A DNA stretch of 64,000 nt from the NCBI RefSeq assembly GCF_007692705.1, contig NZ_REBN01000124.1, forward strand, positions 37,712 to 101,711. Reading direction: 5' to 3'. The translations under genes and the position numbers were made by a program. This document shows, in pieces, positions 57,319-64,000 of the stretch. Numbering within the stretch: the stretch's first letter is position 1; each line of letters opens with the position of its first letter. The notes under the pieces were generated by a model. The model did not search any database and was not told the DNA's origin. It worked only from the letters and a program-made list of their open reading frames with translations. The DNA is from Mongoliibacter sp. GTDB lineage: Bacteria > Bacteroidota > Bacteroidia > Cytophagales > Cyclobacteriaceae.

Positions 57319-58290
57319 ATGGAAAATCAAGATGTTTTAGATGTTTTTATAGTTGGGGCAGGGCCCATTGGATTGGCATGTGGTATTGAATGCGAAAAAG
57401 CAGGACTGAAGTATGTCATTGTCGAAAAAGGAGTGCTGACCAATTCTATTTTTAACTATCCGGCTAACATGACTTTTTTTTCCACTTCCGAAAAACTGGA
57501 AATGGGAGGGATACCTTTTATGTCAATTGCCCATAAGCCCACCCGTACAGAGGCATTGGAATATTATCGGAGAGTGGCGAAAACCTGGAAGCTCAAAATC
57601 AACCTTTACGAAGAAGTTAAAACCCTGAAAAAGAAAGGAGAGATATTTGAAATATCCACTGCTAAGGGTAATTATAGAACAAAAAATATCATTGTATCAA
57701 CAGGTTTTTATGACTTGCCAAATTTGATGGATGTTCCTGGAGAAGACCTGCCTAAGGTATCCCACTATTATAAAGAACCATGGCCTTATATCGGTCAGAA
57801 AATTCTTGTTGTTGGGGGAGCCAATTCTGGAGTTGATGTGGCTTTGGAAACCTGGAGAAAAGGGGCGGAAGTGACCATGGTGCTCAAGGATGAGGGGGTA
57901 GATCCCAAAGTCAAGTATTGGGTCAAGCCAGACATAGAAAACCGTATCAAAGAAGGGTCTATTAAAGCCTTTACCCATTCATTGGTTAAAGAAATCAGGG
58001 AAAAGGAAGTAGTCATCAATACTCCTGACGGGGAAGTTACCATTGAAAATGATTTTGTCCTAGCCATGACAGGCTATGTTCCCAATTTTGCCTTGTTAAA
58101 CCAATTGGGAGTGGAATTGAGTCTTGATGAAAAACGGCAACCTTGCTATGACCATACCAATCAGGAATCAAATATTCCAGGTGTTTATTTAGCTGGTGTT
58201 GTCTGTGGAGGTTTGAATACCAGAGAATTTTTTATTGAAAACTCCATTGTTCATGCTGAACAGATTGTGAAGCATATTTTGGGAAAATAG
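57319..58290 (+). CDS. ypdA: YpdA-family putative bacillithiol-system oxidoreductase
   Basis: GAGPIG, MTFFSTSEKLE, KPTRTEALEYYRRV, KYWVKPDIENRI and FIEN motifs. Confidence 0.88.
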   Translation: MENQDVLDVFIVGAGPIGLACGIECEKAGLKYVIVEKGVLTNSIFNYPANMTFFSTSEKLEMGGIPFMSIAHKPTRTEALEYYRRVAKTWKLKINLYEEVKTLKKKGEIFEISTAKGNYRTKNIIVSTGFYDLPNLMDVPGEDLPKVSHYYKEPWPYIGQKILVVGGANSGVDVALETWRKGAEVTMVLKDEGVDPKVKYWVKPDIENRIKEGSIKAFTHSLVKEIREKEVVINTPDGEVTIENDFVLAMTGYVPNFALLNQLGVELSLDEKRQPCYDHTNQESNIPGVYLAGVVCGGLNTREFFIENSIVHAEQIVKHILGK

Positions 58291-59051
58291 AGGGTAGATT
58301 CGAGAGAAGAGATACGAGAGTTTAGAAAAAAGAGACAAGAGACAAGACACAAGCGCTAAGAAAAATCAGGACGAGACAACTCTTCGCTTCACCCAGAGTG
58401 ACGCCACCTACAAATCCGACATTGGTACTCAGGAGAGATCTAAGAAAGGATGAGGGAAGAAAGGGCATGTATAAGTAAGGATTTACAATCTGCCTGACAA
58501 CCCTGAAAGGTTAAATTTTATTTACCCAGGGTTACCACCCGGAGTTTAATTGATAGCAAGTCTTTAGTTTTTGGCCGAATAATAGTCAATGGTGGAAAAT
58601 GCTTTCCACCAAAAATAGGGGTGGTTTACTCCCGCTGATCTCGCTGATTTTCGCAGATATGCTTCGCTTAGCAGTAGAAGTTTATAACAAAAAGTTGTGC
58701 GTGATAACACCACTGGGGCGAAGGAAGTAAAAGTTTCACGCCATGACGCTAAGGAGTTAAGAAAAATATACAGATTTTCTAAAGTGATAATTAAGGATTT
58801 TTGCGGTTAATTTCTCCCCTTATGTTTTTGAGACCGCAAAGACTTGTGCCTTCGGCACACCTGCCGCTATTTACCTACGGGCAAATCCACAATTAATCAA
58901 CGATGAGTTGAAAACTCACAACCCATTAGTCCCGCGGTACATCCGCATGACAATGCCCCCACTTTACCATAAGTCTTACCTTTAACTTTTAACAAATTAA
59001 CTATTAAGGATTTATGTATCAATTAAACAGTTTACCAGTTACGCAATTAAT
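58291..59051. repeat. Long intergenic region with a mosaic of short tandem repeats and hairpins
   Basis: GAGACAA x3 (58332-58352), YCGCWGAT x3 (58631-58659), hairpins at 58590-58611 and 58846-58858; no convincing ORF. Confidence 0.6.
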
Positions 59052-61184
59052 CTATTCCGGCAAAGCAAAAGCCACATAGGCGTCTCCTGACTTGGTGCCT
59101 TTGCCTCCCCCACAAGCGATGACTATATATTGTTTTCCTTTGACTTCATAGATTGCAGGGGTGGCATGGCCTGCGGCGGGGAGTTTAGCTTCCCACAATA
59201 CTCTACCTGTGTCTTTGTCAAAAGCCCTGATTTTTTCATCCTTGGTGGCTGCAATAAAGACCAATCCTCCTGCTGTGGTTGCCGGTCCGCCATAGTTTTC
59301 TGTCCCGGTTGGCTGGAAGCCTTTGGCAGTGAGTTCCTCAAATTCACCCAATACGGACTGCCACTTTATTCTGCCTGTATTCATATTGATGGCAGTCAAG
59401 GTGCCCCATGGTGGCTGAATGCCAGGGTAGCCATCGTCGGTCAACAACCTTGAATATCCTTCCATGTTGTATTTCGGGAAAAGCTGCTCTTTTCCACCTT
59501 CCATTTCTTTTTTATCTTCTTCGGCTTTTATTTCTGAGCCCAAGAGATAATCAGTAAGGAGTTTCCTGTCAGTATCCGAAATATGGGAAAATGCAGGCAT
59601 TGCTCCTTTTCCATTTTTGATAAGGAGGTCTAGGCTTTTCCAATCAAATTTTTCATTCAGATTTTCCAGAGAGGGAAAAACAGGTGGATTTCCTTTGCCG
59701 TCTATCCCATGGCAGTTTCCACAATAATTCACATATACTTTTTGTCCAATATTATCATAGCTCGGGTTTAGCTTCATTTTAATAACCCAAGGGACTTCAT
59801 TGGCATTTACATATAAGGTCTGAGTGTAGGGGTCAAATGAAGAGCCACCCCATTCTGCTCCGCCATCCATTCCCGGAAACAGGACGATTCCATGTTTGTC
59901 GCTTGGCGGCTCCCACATATCGCCGTACTTCAAATTTTCCAGTTTGCCTCTGATGTCTTTTTCCCATTCTGGGGTAAGTCTTAAAATTTCATTTTCAGTA
60001 TAAGCCATTCTCATAAATGGTACTGGCAGGGTAGGGTGAGGCTGGGTTGGCCAGCTTTTTTCTCCTTCAAGCTCTGATTGCGGAACAAAACGTTCCTCCA
60101 GTGGCCAGACAGATTCCCCTGTCTCCCTGTCGAAGACAAATACGTACCCCTGTTTGGAGGTCTGTGCTACAGCATCAATCCATTTACCATCTTTTTTAAT
60201 TCTGATCAGGTTGGGGTTGGCAGGGAAATCCCTGTCCCACATGTCATGATGTACTCCCTGAAAGTGCCAGATTCTTTCTCCTGTATTGGCATCCAAGGCC
60301 AATAGTGTGTTGGCAAAAAGATTCTGTCCGTGCCTGTAACCTCCCCAAAAATCATAAGTAGCTGAACCAGTAGGGACAAACACAATTCCCCTCTTCACAT
60401 CCACTGTCATTCCAGCCCAATTGTTGGCACCACCGATTTTATCCCAATACTTTTCATCCCAGGTATCATGGCCAAACTCTCCGGGGTGAGGGATAGTATG
60501 AAAAATCCATTCCCTTTCACCAGTGCGAACATTATATGCTCTGATATGTCCAGGGGCTGCGTCCAAGCCTTCAGATAAACGCATCCCAATAATGATTTTA
60601 TCCTCATAAATAACACCTGGACTGTTACTTACCAATAAAAAATCATCCAATTCTGTGTCCAGGTCCTTTTTCAAGTCGACCAATCCATTATCTCCAAAGG
60701 TTTCAATCGGCCGACCTGTTTCAGCATCCAACGCCATCAAGTAATTGGAAGCAGAAGAAAATATCCGCTTATCATTTCCATCTTCCCAGTAAGTTAGTCC
60801 TCTGTTTAATCCGGCCCATGAGTTTTCACCACCTAAAACCTGAAAAGGATTAAAACGCCAAATAGGTTTGCCGCTGTCTGCTTTTAGTGCAAAAACATTG
60901 AGTTGAGGGCTGACACCATACAAAATATCTCCTATGACTATGGGCTGAGTCTGGATTTGACTTCTTTCGGTAGCGTCTCCCGTGTTGTATGTCCATGCAA
61001 CTTCTAGGTTTTTGACATTTTCTTTGGTGATCTGGCTGAGAGAAGAATACCTCGCGGCATCATATGTGCCCCCAAAGCTTCGCCATTGTGAATAGTCTTT
61101 TATGGCTTGTTGGTTCTTTTCAACGCAACTAGAGAAATTGAGTTGAAGGAGAATCGTGATGAGGATTAGGCTGTATTTTCGCAT
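59052..61184 (-). CDS. PQQ-dependent (glucose/quinate-type) dehydrogenase lipoprotein with an internal cytochrome c domain
   Basis: Lipobox FSSC, RYSSLSQIT..NVKNL..AW, HHDMWDRD, GGAEWGG, CGNCH and ATTAGGLVF motifs. Confidence 0.9.
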   Translation of the reverse strand: MRKYSLILITILLQLNFSSCVEKNQQAIKDYSQWRSFGGTYDAARYSSLSQITKENVKNLEVAWTYNTGDATERSQIQTQPIVIGDILYGVSPQLNVFALKADSGKPIWRFNPFQVLGGENSWAGLNRGLTYWEDGNDKRIFSSASNYLMALDAETGRPIETFGDNGLVDLKKDLDTELDDFLLVSNSPGVIYEDKIIIGMRLSEGLDAAPGHIRAYNVRTGEREWIFHTIPHPGEFGHDTWDEKYWDKIGGANNWAGMTVDVKRGIVFVPTGSATYDFWGGYRHGQNLFANTLLALDANTGERIWHFQGVHHDMWDRDFPANPNLIRIKKDGKWIDAVAQTSKQGYVFVFDRETGESVWPLEERFVPQSELEGEKSWPTQPHPTLPVPFMRMAYTENEILRLTPEWEKDIRGKLENLKYGDMWEPPSDKHGIVLFPGMDGGAEWGGSSFDPYTQTLYVNANEVPWVIKMKLNPSYDNIGQKVYVNYCGNCHGIDGKGNPPVFPSLENLNEKFDWKSLDLLIKNGKGAMPAFSHISDTDRKLLTDYLLGSEIKAEEDKKEMEGGKEQLFPKYNMEGYSRLLTDDGYPGIQPPWGTLTAINMNTGRIKWQSVLGEFEELTAKGFQPTGTENYGGPATTAGGLVFIAATKDEKIRAFDKDTGRVLWEAKLPAAGHATPAIYEVKGKQYIVIACGGGKGTKSGDAYVAFALPE

Positions 61185-61350
61185 TCCTGATGAGTTCTTG
61201 ATACTTGAAACTTAAGTAACATAGTTTATTTTATTCAATTCTGCTAACAGTAACTTATATGATTCTTTTCAGGGAATTTTAATGGGCTGAAATTATTATT
61301 ATTGCCGTGTACAATCTCAGAAACTGAAGGTTGCCTTATTTCCTAAATCT

Positions 61351-61384
61351 AAAAAAAGCCGCTGAAGAATACATCCTCAGCGGC
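61351..61384 (-). terminator. Rho-independent terminator of ettA
   Basis: Minus strand GCCGCTGA...TCAGCGGC-TTTTTTT. Confidence 0.85.
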
Positions 61385-61413
61385 CTTGATAATAGCAATT
61401 GGTCTCTTAGCCT

Positions 61414-63093
61414 TTATTTTAGCTTTTTGTATTTTATCCTTTTGGGGGTTAGGTCACCAAGTCTTTTCTTCTTGTTTTCCTCATAGTCAGAGAAATTCCC
61501 TTCAAACCAATACACCTGAGAGTCTCCTTCAAATGCCAATATGTGGGTACAGATCCTATCTAAAAACCACCTGTCGTGAGAAATGATCACCGCACATCCA
61601 CCAAAGTTTTCTAATGCCTCTTCCAGAGCCCTGAGGGTATTCACGTCCAAGTCATTGGTAGGTTCATCGAGCAGCAACAGGTTGCCACCTTCTTTCAAAG
61701 TCATCGCAAGGTGCACACGGTTTCTCTCACCGCCTGATAGCACACCAACCTTTTTCTCCTGATCGGAACCGCCGAAATTGAATTTACTCACGTAAGCACG
61801 AGCATTCATTTCTTTGTTCCCCAATTTCATGATTTCATTACCTCCTGAAATAGATTCGTAGACGGACTTATTGGCGTCCAGGTTATCATGCTCCTGGTCT
61901 ACATAGGCCAGCTTCACCGTTTCACCAACCTCAAAATTACCTGCATCAGGTTTTTCTTTTCCGGTAATTAATTTGAACAAAGTAGATTTTCCAGCACCAT
62001 TGGGTCCTATAATTCCCACAATTCCGCCTTGTGGAAGGTTGAATGAAAGGTCTTCAAATAATAACTTATCTCCATAGGCTTTGGATACACCATTCACCTC
62101 AATAACTTTTGCTCCCAATCTAGGCCCTGGCGGAATGTATAATTCCAATTTGGCCTCTTTTTCCTTGCCTTCTTCACCGATCAATTTGTCATAAGCACTT
62201 AGTCTTGCCTTTCCTTTTGCCTGACGGGCCTTTGGAGTCATGCGAATCCATTCCAATTCCCTTTCCAGGGTTTTTTGGCGCTTAGATTCTGTTTTTTCTT
62301 CTTGCTTCAGTCTGTTTTGTTTTTGGTCTAGCCAAGAGGAATAGTTTCCTTTCCAGGGAATCCCTTCTCCTCTATCCAATTCCAGAATCCATCCGGCTAC
62401 ATTATCTAAAAAGTACCTATCGTGTGTCACCGCAATCACAGTTCCTTTGTATTGCTTCAAATGCTGCTCCAGCCATAGTACTGATTCTGCATCCAAGTGG
62501 TTGGTAGGTTCATCAAGCAAAAGCACATCAGGTTCCTGTAGCAACAAGCGGCAAAGGGCAACCCTTCTTTTTTCACCACCCGAAAGGTTGGCAACATTTG
62601 CTTCAGCGGGAGGGAGCCTTAAGGCATCCATGGCCTTTTCGAGCATGGTCTCCAGTTCCCAGGCGTTGGCTGCATCCAATTTTTCCTGTACCTCACCTTG
62701 CTGGGTAATCAGTTTGTCCATGGCGTCAGGGTCTTCCATGACAGCCGGATCCATGAATTTTTCATTGATTTGTTCGAATTCTTTGAGTAAAGCAACAGTT
62801 TCAGAAACAGCTTCTTCCACTACTTCTTTTACTGTCTTATCCGGGTCAAGCTTAGGTTCTTGTTCTAGCATGCCGACAGAATAGCCCGGCGACCAGACTA
62901 CTTCACCGAGGAATTCTTTGTCCATTCCTGCAATGATTTTAAGCAAAGAAGATTTACCGGACCCATTGAGTCCCAGAACGCCTATTTTTGCTCCATAAAA
63001 AAATGAGAGGTATATGTCTTTCAGTACTTTTTTCTGAGGGGGGTAAATTTTGGAAACTCCCGCCATGGAAAAGATGATTTTTTCTGAACTCAT
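61414..63093 (-). CDS. ettA: Energy-dependent translational throttle protein EttA (ABC-F)
   Basis: Two ABC domains ([16 protein letters not shown]), LSGGE x2 and [20 protein letters not shown] linker. Confidence 0.96.
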   Translation of the reverse strand: MSSEKIIFSMAGVSKIYPPQKKVLKDIYLSFFYGAKIGVLGLNGSGKSSLLKIIAGMDKEFLGEVVWSPGYSVGMLEQEPKLDPDKTVKEVVEEAVSETVALLKEFEQINEKFMDPAVMEDPDAMDKLITQQGEVQEKLDAANAWELETMLEKAMDALRLPPAEANVANLSGGEKRRVALCRLLLQEPDVLLLDEPTNHLDAESVLWLEQHLKQYKGTVIAVTHDRYFLDNVAGWILELDRGEGIPWKGNYSSWLDQKQNRLKQEEKTESKRQKTLERELEWIRMTPKARQAKGKARLSAYDKLIGEEGKEKEAKLELYIPPGPRLGAKVIEVNGVSKAYGDKLLFEDLSFNLPQGGIVGIIGPNGAGKSTLFKLITGKEKPDAGNFEVGETVKLAYVDQEHDNLDANKSVYESISGGNEIMKLGNKEMNARAYVSKFNFGGSDQEKKVGVLSGGERNRVHLAMTLKEGGNLLLLDEPTNDLDVNTLRALEEALENFGGCAVIISHDRWFLDRICTHILAFEGDSQVYWFEGNFSDYEENKKKRLGDLTPKRIKYKKLK

Positions 63094-63230
63094 AATTGAT
63101 TATTTAATGTTGAAAATGCCAAGAAGGACAAATATGGCAAAAAAAGGCCTTTCTTAGGATAAATGCTTTTGAATTAATTAATTTGCAGGAATTAGCTAAC
63201 ACTGCCACACAACCAACCTATTGAATAAAA

Positions 63231-64000
63231 ATGGAGCATCCATACGGGTACATTAAAGATAACAAAGTTTATCTCAGAGGATTTATGAATCAGCCAGATA
63301 GGGTGATTGGAGAAGTAAAAGAAGACGAAGCGAGCACTATCAAATACTTTGAAGACAGGTTTGAGACACTGAAGGATAAAATCGAGGGTCTCAAAAAGGA
63401 TATCGAAGAAAATCAGAACAAAGGCTCATTCCTGATGAAGTTGATCCATCTTAGGGATTCCTTGATGGAGTTTGATGCATTGGGAGATTTTATTCCACTG
63501 ATCGAGGAGTTGGATAAGCTGCAGGTTTTTTTGGAAGATATTATCAAAAAAAATAGAGAGAGAAACCTCGAAATCAAAAAAGGTTTGATCCTGGAGGCTG
63601 AAGCACTCAAAAACGATACGGACTGGAAAGCTACTGCTGAGGAAATGAAGGACCTCAAAATGCGCTGGATCAAAACAGGGCCAGTAGAAAAGGAATTTGA
63701 AGACGAAATCGAAAATACGTTTAACGCGGCTCTTGAAACATTTTTTGAGAACCGTAAACATTATTTTGAAGGTCTTGCGCTTCAGGCAGAAGAAAACATC
63801 AAAGTGTATGAAGATCTTGTCAGACAGGCGAGAGAAGCTTTTGATAATCCTGATGCCAAACAAGCCTTTGAAGTATCAAAAAGAATCCAAAAAGAATGGA
63901 AAGCATCTGGAAAGGTGCCTGCTGAAAAAAGACAACCTCTTTGGGATGAGTTTTCCAAATTGAACAATAGAATATTCAGCCGGTTCAGAAGAACGATGCA
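63231..64000 (+). CDS. DUF349 domain protein (partial, runs off the window end; not in the ORF track)
   Basis: Open frame from ATG at 63231 (MEHPYGYIKDNKVYL...) with helical repeats KKGLILEAEAL..DW...MKDLKMRWIKTGPV and LWDEF. Confidence 0.85.
   Translation, partial: MEHPYGYIKDNKVYLRGFMNQPDRVIGEVKEDEASTIKYFEDRFETLKDKIEGLKKDIEENQNKGSFLMKLIHLRDSLMEFDALGDFIPLIEELDKLQVFLEDIIKKNRERNLEIKKGLILEAEALKNDTDWKATAEEMKDLKMRWIKTGPVEKEFEDEIENTFNAALETFFENRKHYFEGLALQAEENIKVYEDLVRQAREAFDNPDAKQAFEVSKRIQKEWKASGKVPAEKRQPLWDEFSKLNNRIFSRFRRTM

Noticed and set aside
63413-63967. Several short ORFs called in the track at the window end
   Set aside because: They are shadows of the real plus-strand DUF349 frame starting at 63231, which has no stop inside the window.

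Overview
This 64 kb window is AT-rich and looks like core chromosome of a Bacteroidota bacterium, probably Cytophagales/Cyclobacteriaceae (inferred from gene content and TAnnTTTG-type promoters). Positions 1-16.6 kb hold an alternative complex III operon (actABCDEF) followed by an aa3-type cytochrome c oxidase and its assembly genes. Next come an orphan membrane histidine kinase and a 1160-aa outer-membrane protein. Positions 24.7-35.4 kb hold a cbb3 oxidase cluster (USP-like gene, ccoI, ccoS, ccoNO, ccoQ, ccoP, ccoG, ccoH, DsbD_2-type gene) and a convergent hemN. The rest contains tRNA-Ala(GGC), recR, clpS, housekeeping genes, thrABC with a Thr/Ile leader peptide, a BlaI/M56 pair, three DUF4249 lipoprotein paralogs, a PQQ dehydrogenase, ettA and a partial DUF349 gene. 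I found no integrase, transposase or CRISPR array. The most unusual signal is at 35.65-36.07 kb: the intact tRNA-Ala gene is flanked by two chimeric copies whose anticodon arm is precisely replaced by a TCCCGA-N6-TCGGGA palindrome, with extra palindromes in the D or T arm. Other notable signals are a shared TGA-N6-TCA (FNR/CRP-like) box at identical spacing before the cco operon, hemN and possibly the PQQ dehydrogenase; an unannotated thr attenuator; paired BlaI operators; and mosaics of short repeats in intergenic regions. All family assignments come from motif recognition only; no database search was run.
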